DNA of 64,000 nucleotides from Macrostomum lignano (Eukaryota): contig NIVC01001783.1 in assembly GCA_002269645.1 (NCBI GenBank), positions 1 to 64,000 of the forward strand. The letters are read 5' to 3'. The notes below the pieces were generated by a model. It was given only the letters and a program-made list of their open reading frames with translations, did not search any database and was not told the origin of the DNA. The position numbers and the translations under genes are program-made. Positions 51,775 through 62,899 of the stretch are shown piece after piece (positions within the stretch are counted from its first letter, which is position 1; each line of letters opens with the position of its first letter).

Positions 51775-52444
51775 GTACATGGCAGCTTTAAGCTGGAATT
51801 CCGAGAAAGGCAATAAAAATTGGGGCTTGGCGGGGGGGGGGTAGTGTGGAAAGGCGCGGTTGGAAGGTTTAAGCTGGGACCTGGGGGTAAAAACCAATAA
51901 ATGTCTTGGCTTTAAAAATACATTTAAATGCTTCTGTTTAACTTACTACTGAACTGAAAGTAGCTTACACGCAAATATTTTCTGAGAAAAAAAACGCATT
52001 TTCTCAGAAACGGAAACCCGCTTTATTTGGAAATACCATTTCTGCGAAAGAGAAAGTGCAATTTAAAAAACTGTCATTTCTATGAAACAAAATCTGTCAT
52101 TTCTATGAAACAAAATCTGCCATTTCTAGGAAACAAAAACAGCCAATTTTGAAAAGAAGACACTACGAATTTTCTAAGAAACAGTCGTCACCCTTTCTAA
52201 GAAACAGAAGCTAACATTTATGATAAAGAATAACTATCTTTTCGGATCAATCCTAAACAAACGACTCGTTTATATATCCATTCCAGGAAACAGAAACGGT
52301 CGTTTCTAAGAAACAAAATCAAACTTTTCTTGGAAACAGAATCTACTGAACTCAGAAAACAATAAAACTGTCATTTCTTTAGGAAAATTCCAATTCTCAA
52401 CCGCGACAAAAACACAAACAAACAAACAAACAAGCATTACAAAC

Positions 52445-52769
52445 CCGTTGCAAACAGCTGACAATGTGAGCCAGGTCAATCCATGGATAGGCACCGCTGG
52501 GGTCGGTCTGGTGAAAGACGAAATCGCGGAAAAGTTTCAGCATGTACCGATCGCCAGTCTCGGCCCAGGCCGGATCTGCCGGCAGCTCCCGCTCGCAGAC
52601 AGTGTTCAGCTTGCTGGCCAGCCTGAATAAGCGGCCGTTTTCTAATTGTTTGGTCAGTTGAGCTTCCAGAAAGTCCACGCGCTGCTGCGACTCGCACAGG
52701 TGATCGAAAAATCGGGCACCAATTGCGGGCATCACGTCGTAGATTGATCTGAGTGGGCGGCGAGTCACT
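52445..52769 (-). CDS. PAN3: PAN3 exon (coiled coil and C-terminal domain)
   Basis: RSIYDVMPAIGARF, ENGRLFRLASKL, WAETGDRYMLKLFRD and PWIDLAHIVSCL are hallmark PAN3 segments. Acceptor ctacag (phase 2; an in-frame alternative lies 6 nt upstream); donor CGG|GTTTGT. Confidence 0.95.
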
Positions 52770-53322
52770 CTGTAGCTGATTGTGTCACTCTGTAGCTGAT
52801 TGGGTCACTCTGTAGCTGATTGGGTCACTCTGTAGCTGATTGGGTCACTCTGTAGCTGATTGGGTCAACCTGTAGCTGATTGGGTCAACCTGTAGCTGAT
52901 TGGGTTACTCTGTACCTAATTGGGTCACTCTGTAGCTGATTGGGTCACTCTGTAGCTGATTGTGTCACTCTTTAGCTGATTGGGTCACTCTGTAGCTGAT
53001 TAGGTCACTCTATAGCTGATTGGGTCACTCTGTAGCTGATTGGGTCACTCTGTAGCTGATTGGGTCACTCTGTAGCTGATTAGGTCACTCTGTAGCTGAT
53101 TGGGTCACTCTGTAGCTGATTGGGTCACTCTTTAGCTGATTGGGTCACTCTGTAGCTGATTGGGTCACTATGTAGCTGATTGGGTCACTCTGTAGCTGAT
53201 TGGGTCACTCTACATATAGCTGATTGGGTCACTCTGTAGCTGATTGGGTCACTACATATAGCTGATTGGGTCACTCTGTAGATGGTTTGGGTCACTCTGT
53301 AGATGGTTTGGGTCACTCTGTA
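52762..53322. repeat. 20-bp minisatellite (TGGGTCACTCTGTAGCTGAT), ~28 units, filling PAN3 intron 3 and overlapping its acceptor
   Basis: Direct reading of the sequence. Confidence 0.97.
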
Positions 53323-53373
53323 CCCCATTTAACACACAGTAGAGTGGAAAAAACACAATGCCAAGCTACAAAC

Positions 53374-53942
53374 CTGCTCAAACCATAAATTAGCTGCCTT
53401 ATAACCGAGGCCAGATCTTTCGAATAGGCCCTAGTAATGAGTTCAATTGACGTATTCAAATCTTGCAAAGCAACAGTAGTACCACAGGACAATACAAGCA
53501 ATAATTTTCCCAGGTCAACCAAATCCTGCTGTTTAGCCTTGACTAATTCCTCTTCAGCTTGGGCTGGATCACTGAAACTCGCGCCAATAGCGCCTAGAAT
53601 TTCTCTGGCGCCCAGACAGTTCACTCGCAGTCTTGGCCGCTGCTGTTGACCAGCTCTAGAAGCTTCCACATCGATAATTATCTTAGACGGGTCCAACAGT
53701 CGGACAGCCCGACTGTGCCTGGCGTGACAGGCCCTGACAGCGCTGGCTAGCTGCAGCAGCATGTGCCACACAATCGCTTCGGATTGAACGTGCGATTGCG
53801 AACGAGATTTAATAGACGATATCGGCCGGGCTTGACCGTCGATATTGAAGGGAGAATTGAAACCGTTCACTTTTAACGGGTCAGAGCAGTGCGACGATAG
53901 CAGGGTGGTGCTGCCGGGGAAGAAGTCCGTTACTAGGCACAC
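53374..53942 (-). CDS. PAN3: PAN3 exon (pseudokinase C-lobe)
   Basis: VCLVTDFFPGSTTL, EAIVWHMLLQLASAVRACH, LLDPSKII, RLRVNCLG and QQDLVDLGKLLLVL. Acceptor gatcccag (phase 0); donor AG|GTTTGT (phase 2). Confidence 0.93.
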
Positions 53943-53999
53943 CTGGGATCGGGGATGGGAATGTGCGGAGAGCATGCTGGTTATCAAGGGGTCCTCGAA

Positions 54000-54600
54000 C
54001 AATAATGAGAGAAAGAGAGAAGAAAGGGGAGAGAGGAAGACAGGATGTAGGAAGCTAGGGATATGGAGCTGAAGAGTCCAGGGAGATGGGAGAGGGATCG
54101 TGGGAGAGATATAGATAAGAGAAGAAAATAGAAGAAAGGTAGAGTAGGAGAGAGATGAGAAGGGTAGAGGGATATGAGAGGGGATCGATAGAGATAAGAA
54201 GAAGAAAGGGAGATTAGAGCAGCAGAGATGAGAGGGCGAGAAAGAGGGGAGAGGAGAGAGAGGGAGAAGAGAGCTGAGAGAGAGAAAGAAGAGAGGTGAT
54301 AGAGGGAGATGAGAGCAGTCACACGAGATAAGAGGGGGAGAGAGGGAGAAGAGAGCAGTAGAGATGAGAGAGGAAGAGAGCAGTAGAGATGAGAGAGGAA
54401 GAGAGCAGTAGAGATGAGAGAGGAAGAGAGCAGTAGAGGTGAGAGAGGAAGAGATTAGTAGAGATGAGAGAGGAAGAGAGGAAGAGAGCAGTAGAAGTGA
54501 GAGAGGAAGAGAGCAGTAGAGATGAGAGAGGAAGAGATTAGTAGAGATGAGAGAGGAAGAGAGCAGTAGAGATGAGAGAGGAAGAGAGCAACAGAGACAG
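54000..54600. repeat. GA-rich low-complexity region with a 25-bp unit (GAGAGCAGTAGAGATGAGAGAGGAA) in PAN3 intron 2
   Basis: Direct reading of the sequence. Confidence 0.9.
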
Positions 54601-54647
54601 CAGACACAGCAGACCAAAATGCCAGAAGAAGCAAGCCAGCAAATTAC

Positions 54648-55199
54648 CGAATCGTCTCCAAACGCATCTGTGGCAAAGACGTGGCGCACCGGCACCAGAT
54701 GAGGATGCTCCAGTTTGCGCAGCGACTCCAGCTGCTGGCCAACTAGCCTAGCTTGCATCTGGCCAACTCCAACAAATCGTCTCAGCATAACCCAGGTCTG
54801 ATCCTTGCCATTGAACGCTTTATAGCACAGGCTGGGCAATCCGAAAGTACCAGACCGTTTCAACTGAGTCTCCAACGGTGCCAGCTGCTCGTAGTGCAGC
54901 AGAGCCGGCGGCAAAGTCGCCGACAGTTGAGCATCGGGAACAATCAGCGCGAAGTGAATCCGACTTAGAAGGCTGCGCCTCAACTCGGCGTCCATATAAG
55001 TGACACCGTCGCCGCGTTCGGTGAACTGCGAGAATTCACCGGCCGGTAACTGGGCGTACCAGCTGGGCGAGGTCAGTTTGCCGGCGCTTTGCATTTTTTT
55101 CACTTCGTCCAGATTGTTGGCGTCGTAGAAACTGGTGCCGGCTACAAGTGACGCCGTTTGAGATCGATTGGCCGCTGCGGTTGCTGCCGCTGATATGGC
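54648..55199 (-). CDS. PAN3: PAN3 exon (linker and pseudokinase N-lobe)
   Basis: YMDAELRRSLL, GTFGLPSLCYKAFNGKD, LRRFVG and LEHPHLVPVRHVFATDAFGD match PAN3. Donor TCG|GTAATT. The acceptor (tgaaag|GCC) is weak, so the 5' boundary is less certain. Confidence 0.88.
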
Positions 55200-55249
55200 C
55201 TTTCATTCGTGTAGGATGAGTTTCATATCGCTATTTGCCCAACGGCAAG

Positions 55250-56060
55250 CCTAACTTTAGTGGGGATTCCCCTATTGCGATGCTGGCTGGCATTCCTTCA
55301 TTGGTTTTTTGGATCAGAAAGAATCCTTTTTGGTAAATGGAAATTTCCCTTGGTTTATGCATTAGGGAATCCACTTTTATTGGGTAAGATACTATTTTGA
55401 GGGACTTCCGGGAATCCCACTTCATTGGGTGGTATTTTCCTTAATTGATATTGAGGGGATTCCCCGTTATTTGGTGGGATTTTCCTTAATTGATATTGAG
55501 GGGATTCTTCGTTATTTGGTGGGATTTTCCTTAATTGATATTGAGGGAATCCCCCGATATTTGGTGGGAGTCCCCTTAGTTAATATTGAGGTAATCCCCC
55601 GTTATTTGGTGGGATTTTCCTTAGTTGATATTTACATAATCCCCCGTTATTTGGTGGGACCCCCTTAGTTAATATTAAGGGAATTCTCTGCTATTTGGTG
55701 GGATTTACGTTAGTTGATATTGACATAATTCTCCGTTATTTGGTGGGATTCCCCTTAGTTAATATTAAGGGAATTCTCTGCTATTTGGTGGGATTTACGT
55801 TAGTTGATATTGACATAATTCTCCGTTATTTGGTGGGATTCCCCTTAGTTAATATTAAGGGAATTCCCCGCTATTTGGTGGAATTTTCCTTAGTTGATAT
55901 TGAGGTAATCCCCAGTTATTTGGTGGGATTCCCCTTATTTTATATTGAGGGAATTCCCCTTCATTGGGTGAGATTTCCGATAGTTTTTATTGAGGGAATC
56001 CCGGAAATCCCCCTTGATTGGGTGGGATTTCCCTTAGTTTATATTGAAGGAATCCTATCA
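55250..56060. repeat. 45-bp minisatellite (GGGATTTTCCTTAATTGATATTGAGGGGATTCCCCGTTATTTGGT), degenerate at both edges, in PAN3 intron 1
   Basis: ttaattgata occurs at 55441 and 55486. The unit is itself a dimer of ~22-bp halves. Confidence 0.9.
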
Positions 56061-56156
56061 AAAAGCAGAATTTTGAGAATGGGTGCAATATTCCAAAATG
56101 GAATCTAAGAAATCCTGCTATTTGTAAAATTTAGCAAGTTATTTTCTAGCTCTCAC

Positions 56157-56300
56157 GTGCTGCCCAGTGATTAGGCTGCGCGAGTGCTGCGGCGTCATGC
56201 CCATGCCGTGCATTCGAACGCCAAGCGCCGCCGCCGCAGTCGCGCCGCTATTGCTGGCGTACTGCGTCTGCGACTGCCCTGTGGCACTGCGCGATTGAGC
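56157..56300 (-). CDS. PAN3: Probable most-5' detectable PAN3 exon (AQSRSATG...MHGMGMTPQH...GQH)
   Basis: GC-rich island of 144 nt, open in phase 0 to phase 0. Acceptor ttttttgcag, donor CAC|GTGAGA. No direct homology is recognised. Confidence 0.6.
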
Positions 56301-56690
56301 CTGCAAAAAAGTCAGCGAGTTCAATAAATTAAATGGGATTTAATTATTGATTATACATATTGAGATTAAGCGCTACTAACCTACTCTTAGTAGAATATTA
56401 ACAGGATATTTAAAAAATGAATTCAGCCGTTAAAGAATTTTCATTGTCTATGGCCAAAACTATGGTCAAATTTCACACAATACGCTAAAATTAAAGTAGG
56501 TAAAGTTTACTTGCTTGCTTCTAATTAATTAGTAAAGCAGAAAAATAGTACATTACGATTTGCGCTATAAAAACAGGTCGAGATTTTCACCCCCATATGG
56601 AATTAAGAATAAACAACAGGCATTTAACTCAATGTACACGAATGAACGCAAGACTGAAGAAACTCAGCCTAGGGGGGCAGGCTCAAACTA

Positions 56691-56945
56691 GCTCAGCCAA
56701 TGAGAGAGCAGTAAGGAGAGAGGTCAAAGTAAGACGGACGAAACAGTAGGCCCAATCTGGTTCAGCCAATGAGAGTGCAGTAAGGAGAGAGGTCAAAGTA
56801 AGACGGACGAAAAAGTAGGCCCAATCTGGCTCAGCCAATGAGAGCGCAGTAAGGAGAGAGGTCAAAGTAAGACGGACGAAAAAGTAGGACCAATCTGGCT
56901 CAGCCAATGAGAGCGCAGTAGGGAGAGAGTTCAAAGTCAAGACAC
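56691..56945. repeat. 69-bp minisatellite, ~3.6 units, each starting with an AGCCAATGAG box
   Basis: cagccaat at 56694, 56763, 56832 and 56901. Confidence 0.93.
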
Positions 56946-59581
56946 AAGCGGGCAAGAGGAAAGCCAAACCGTTTTCGGCATGGCTGGGGTACTAGCCCTT
57001 TTCTCTCTTGCTCGTTATTCGCGCGCACTGGATTTGCTTTTCAAGTTTTTCTGTAATATTCCACACTGGCACAGGGAGTGTACAAGCCTGACGATTAGAA
57101 AATCTAAAAAGGACCGCTGTACACCCTGTGTGAGAGTGTAGATAAGTGTATGACTGCGTACAATATTGGCGCACTTTTATGTGCTGGGGAGTCAGCAGTA
57201 TGGGCAGAATTGCCACAGCACTGTGTGTGGTACAATGTCGCCTTGCAGAGTACCCACAGCCCTTATTGTGTAATATATGAATATTGTCAAATTAAATATT
57301 TAAAGCAAGCTCACATAGAACTGGTTGGCATTGTCACTACTATTAGCAGTAGGCATTGAGGACAGCAGGCCGCCAGATCCATAAAAGAGTCGGTGGTCGC
57401 TGCTGCTCATCTGAATTTAACAAAATTTGTAAACAAGCGCTGAAATAAACATTGGGGAAAAGTCAGATGGAGCAGGAAAAATCTACTATAATAATGACTG
57501 GCTGTTGACTTACAACATTAGGCAAAGCTGAAACATAAATAGACTTTTATAGATGACAATTGCATAATATGCCAACATGGAAATGTCATCACTATAGCAA
57601 ATTGTAAATACTATTTTGCTAAGAAAAATTATTTGTTTTATTTCATAGTAAAATATTAGCATAAAACCATTGCAGATGAGCAATAAGAATCATAAAATTT
57701 AGTCCTAAAAGTGTAGCAAGGTTGGCTGCTATTTTCAGATCAACCAGAGCAATTTTGGGGTCTAAATTCATTATAGTCCATTGCTTGCTTGGAGTTATAC
57801 TGGAGGAAAACTGATGGAATTTCATCATTTACACAGGATTTATGCAGGCTTATACACAAACTAGGTATAATGCCTGCACTATAGAGAGGGGGGTGCAGGG
57901 CAGTTTGTACAAACATTTTTCAAATTTGTGCATTATAATTAAAATTTTAAAAATACATAAATATTGAAAAGATAATAAGATAAAAGTCTTTATGTTACAG
58001 CACAATTCCTTGATTTTAAGCATTGTTTTACTTTTTACAAATAATAAAATATGCAGTTATTTAAATTCTCTGTCTTATTCAAATACAAAGTAATTTACAT
58101 AGCAATTGAAACCCCAGTCACCTTTATTTCTATTTAGAGAAATGTGCAAAAAGATCATCTATAGTTTTTTTATACCAGCCATTTATGCAAATCTATTTTT
58201 CTATCAATTCTTATGCCAAGCATTTATGCTAGATTTAGATTTATGCCAAAGATTTCTGGCATAACTATAACAAAATAGACCATAGCAAATTTAGGATGTC
58301 ATCTAGCAGAAGTCAAATTTTTTTAATTCAAATAAAATACTAACATCTATACCTTAAACTTTACATTACCAAGCCTCTTTGATACAGAATTTGTACAAAT
58401 CTACAATAGATTCCAATAGACTACTAAAATCCAACAATTTATAAAGTTTTAAAATCCTAATATTTCTAATACTTCTTTCAAAATATTTAAGATTTTAAAT
58501 TTAATATGGATTGCAAAAAGTATATAGGATCAAGATTCTATCTTTACTCTATTATAGTATTTATGTCTAATTAGTATTACAATGGGCTAGCTAGCTATGG
58601 CTAGGGCCTAGCTTACTGGTTATACCAATGTGGATTTAAAAAAGTAGACAAACGCAAAGCCAAATTTTGAGAAGAATATAACTTTTACAAGCATTTTTAA
58701 AAAGCTTTATTAGATATAATTTTCTTTAACTTTATAGCTATAATTATAAATTAATAAGACTTATTGCCAAATTTGCCTAGATTGTCATTGAATTTATATA
58801 CATAATCTAATATATGTTCTATAGAACTTATACTATCTACAACACTTAGGCCAACTTTGACCAAGAAGTTCATAATCATAATCTATTCAACTCTTTTAGC
58901 TAAAATTATTAGGCCTACCCAAAATTCATTTTCAACATAAAAAATCATTAGTTATATTGAAAAAACTGGCAAATAGACTAATCATAATCCTAATTGTAAT
59001 AAGGATCTTAATAATCTGACTCTGATGTTGCGATTTTTTTTGTCACACTATAGGCCCTAGGCCTAGAAGTAATTTCAATTCTACAATTTTCAATCCTTAG
59101 AACTATTTTTGCATACTCAGCTATTGAAATGAAACGTTTTTAAAAAAAGAATATTTTCATTATGCCAATATTTTAGGCCTAGTTATTTAGAAATGTTTAG
59201 AAGTATCCATATTTGTTACTTCGAGGGCTGGCCGCTGGGCAACTTCTTGAGGTGGCAGTGGCACAATCCATATTGGGGCAGGTCTTCTGCCAGCCTTTTA
59301 TAAGTGGAAAGCACTTTATTTGCAGTATTTTCAGCTAAGCAGCAAATACCGTGTATTGCTGTGTATAGCTTTCTACTACACCTTGTCGCCGGATTGACTG
59401 GATACCAACTAAGACTATATATAGGGGCCTACCCCATTAATACCTGGCATGCTGAAATAAAATTTATAGGTTAAAAAGGTTTAAGTAGACAAGGCATTGG
59501 GCAAAAACTCAAGGCCTTTTCATATTGCTTGTTCTAGTTCTAGAACCAGATCCAATTTGTAAAGTATAACTTTTGTCTCCT

Positions 59582-59942
59582 AAACTAGAGGGATAAAAAT
59601 GCTTTACCCAAGTGCTTTAAAGTTGTGATTATTGAATGGCAATAACCAAGAAGAAAGTGAAAAATTGTGCAAATTGAAGCTGTAAGGCAGTCAAACATCC
59701 AGCAAAGTTACATAGTTATACTGCTTTTTTCTTGGAAGATCCGAATCGATTCTGGTTCTGTAATTGGTAATGTGAAAAGCCCCTCAGAATAAATTAAAAT
59801 AGCCATCTTCTTAGCCAAGATGCATGTACCGTCCCAGGAAAATTTCTGATCGAACAGTGCAAGTTCGAAGAAAATCGGTCCAGCCATTTTTTCTCTAATC
59901 GATTGCGTACAAACAAACAACTCATTTTTAGTATATAGGATT
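59582..59942 (+). mobile_element. Possible non-autonomous Helitron/Helentron-type element
   Basis: Starts AAACTAGAG and ends GAAAATCGGTCCAGCCATTTT...GTACAAACAAACAAC...TTTTAGTATATAGGAT. From memory this layout resembles Lep1/DINE-like elements. A similar gaaaatcggtc motif is at ~21297. Confidence 0.4.
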
Positions 59943-60039
59943 AAAATTAATAAAGTGTAATAGTGCTCAATTTGCGTGCGCGTGCACTTCTAGTGTTTTC
60001 TCCGTATTTCTTTCTGCGTCACCCCACCCCTGCGTATAG

Positions 60040-60300
60040 CCTTTTCTAGAAATTTCTTTTTGTTTCTGATTGGCTGAAAACGCGTGAATAACGAGCCCCA
60101 ACCAATAGAGTGCTTAGTGCCTACCCTATCGACGAAATCCGATTGGTTAGGATTTTCTAAGCTGCGTTTTTCACCCTGCCCTCCCCCATCGCGGTCAGTC
60201 TATTTAATCAAGTTTTGAAGTTGAAGTTGAAGTTTTTCTCTGACTAAAGAAGTCCCGGCAGTTCAAACTCAAGAATACGCGGCTACAAAAGTAACGAAAG
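60040..60300. promoter_or_regulatory. Promoter-like island: perfect HSE TTCTAGAAATTTC (60044-60056) plus three CCAAT boxes
   Basis: Motif reading only (ATTGG ~60069, CCAAT ~60102, ATTGG ~60142). The GC/CpG-rich island sits in an AT-rich background. Confidence 0.3.
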
Positions 60301-62254
60301 TTTTAAATAAGTTTCATAGAAACTAACGTACTAAAGTAAAATGTAGCGCAAAATGTATAAAAAAAATAAATATTTAGATCATGTTTTAAATATAAAATTA
60401 AATAACTTTTTTGAGTTCCTTTAAACATTTGCAGAAATGTATTTTTAAAGATAGCAATTTTTTAATTTACAATACCGTTCTATTTTGCCGGCATCTCAAA
60501 ACATAATTTATAGCGTAAAGTCTACTTAATTCGACAGTTAAAAGTTTGACCATTTATCTAATTTATATATATTTAAAAAGTTATGATGGGATTTTATTAT
60601 GAGCTAGTAGTGCTAAAAGTTAGGTAAAATTACTATGTATGCATATGCAATGCCTAGCTAACTAACATTTCGTAGATAAATCTGCAGCAGCAAAAAGCTT
60701 GTTAGGCCCTAGGCTGTTTCGCATATATACGTCTGTTTGACATTGGACCTGCTAACTTTTTTGCCCCTGTTTATGTTATGTAGAGAGAGTAAGAGACCTT
60801 ATCGGTTGTATAGACTATATGAAGTTTTATTTTATTTGACTCAATTTCAATAAAGCTAAGTTTTTCTCATTTCTTCTGATCAAAAGGTTGATGGCCAGCT
60901 TTTTTCAAGGAATATTTCAAAATGTGTAAGTAAAATTTTATAATTTTTTACTATTAAATTACATACTACTGTTAATGTTAATCATTCAGTTTAATTAATG
61001 ATAGGTTTGAATTGAAATTAAAAAAGTTTTAGGGGGCCTAGGGGACTAACTATATGGCGAAATCCAAAAACGTGGGATAAAATGCTAAAACAAATCTGCG
61101 GACATTCGACGGAAAGTAATGTATCTAAAAAAGGTTTTTGAAAGATAGATAGGTCTTTAAAAATAGTTCTAGATAAAAACTATTGTTTTCATGTTTTATA
61201 TTGTTGAATACTAACTACTGAATTCACCGGCTGTTTGGTTCACCGGATTTTTAACTTTATTTTTAAGGCTTAAAAATATACATAATCAATAACGCAAGTA
61301 AAACTAGAGATGCGCCTAGATTTTTGGCTCTGCGCGTTGCCCCTGGACATCAGGAGGGCGATTTTTGTTATTTTTTGGGGGGTGAAACCGGCGGTGAACC
61401 CAATAAATCCTTCCAGAGAGCTGAAAACCTGTCATGCAATATTTCAAAGCAAAATATAGGCAGATTTCGACGTGCGCATAAAATTTCTGCGTTGCTCCTG
61501 AACTGCAGGAGAACGTTTCTTGTTAAATTCCGGTGTTGAATGACTGCCGCTGAACTCCGCGGTGAACGAAATTAAGTGCGAAAAATAGTAAATTTTCCTA
61601 TTAAAAAAGTTATCAAAGTAAAGTTTTATCACTTTCATCAGCATTTTTGCTCTCACTTTTGTGTTGACTGTTAAGCTATTTATTTTAATGCAAAGCAAAA
61701 ATATTAAAAAATATTTCGAACTGCGAGTCTTTATTGTGCAACGTGGCAGCAGGCAGTTACAGCGCACTTGCGCATAAAAAATACATTATATTTATATGCC
61801 ATGTGGTATTTTTGTGGCCATACTTAATAATGAAGCCTTTTATGCTGTTTTACTTCCTATATTTTTAGATTTATTTTTCAATTATGTCTTGAAACATGCA
61901 GTCAAAGTGTTAATATCAGTATAGGCAATAAAATAAAATTGGCATTTCTTGGCTTGATGCTTTTTACAACTTGTTAAAACCTCTATTTTAATATTTCTTC
62001 TCTTCTAATAAGTCAAATTATAAACATAATATCTATTTAAGATTCCATAGTGCTTTTCCATTAAGTATAAATTCAATTATATCAGGTAGGCACTTAGTAT
62101 ACTTTTATAAAATAATAACTATAACATGCAGTAAAAATATTGACTATATACATCAAGAATTATTGATTTTTCTTGATTTGTAAATAAAAATATTACTCTG
62201 CAATTTCCAATATTTTTCATGTATTTTATGTAAAATGCGCAATTTCATGTGTTT

Positions 62255-62790
62255 TTTGTGTTTTCATCAGTTTAGCTTGGGCTAACTAGAAACTGCAGAC
62301 TGACAGAATGCATTTCTTTCTCCGGGATATTGCTTCTTTCTAAGTTAAAGAGACCAATATGCTCATTAGGAGTAGCTTTATGCCCAGAAGCATAGTACGC
62401 ACAATAAATTGTGTTTTTGTGTTTCCATTAGTTTAGCCTGTTATTGGGCTTTCTAGAAACTGCAGACTGACAGAATGTATTCCTTTTATGGATATTCCTC
62501 GTGTTGCTGAATTGTTGACATCAATGTTGTCACAAGCGATTTTTTGTCGTGCCATTGTCAAAATTGGCAATGTTGTTGCAACAACATTGATACATCTTTA
62601 CTACTTTACTATGAGTAGTGCAGCGAGAGTTGTGAATGAAATAAAGTAATTTAATTAGTTGTAATTTTATGTAATATTATATTTTTTGTGTTTCCATCAG
62701 TTTAGCCTGTTATTGGGCTATCTAGAAACTGAAGACTGACAGAATGTATTCCTTTTTCAGGGATACTGTTTCTTTCCAAGTTAAAGAGAC
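62255..62790. repeat. Three dispersed direct copies of a ~75-100-bp sequence (tttttgtgtttccatcagtttagc...ctagaaactgcagactgacagaatg)
   Basis: Copies begin near 62255, 62415 and 62685. Confidence 0.8.
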
Positions 62791-62899
62791 GAATCTGCTT
62801 CATACCAACGTCTTTATCGCTAAAATCACAGTAACACAATAAATTTGGAACCCACTTTCCCTTTTTACTCGCGTTTATTAATGATGCGTACACTGTTTT

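Noticed and set aside
50216-51958. 13-bp inverted repeat (TTCAGTTCAGTAG at 50216-50228 and CTACTGAACTGAA at 51946-51958) as TIRs of a DNA transposon around the retroelement
   Set aside because: Similarity does not extend convincingly and no TSD is seen. The retroelement is already fully delimited by its own TSD.
53313-55103. 596-aa ORF as a single-exon protein with transmembrane segments
   Set aside because: The hydrophobic middle is PAN3 intron 2, bounded by canonical GT-AG sites. Removing it restores contiguous PAN3 homology.
57000-59580. Short ORFs in the AT-rich region as missing PAN3 exons
   Set aside because: No CCCH or PAM2 motif, no coding-like composition, and no compatible splice pairs were found.
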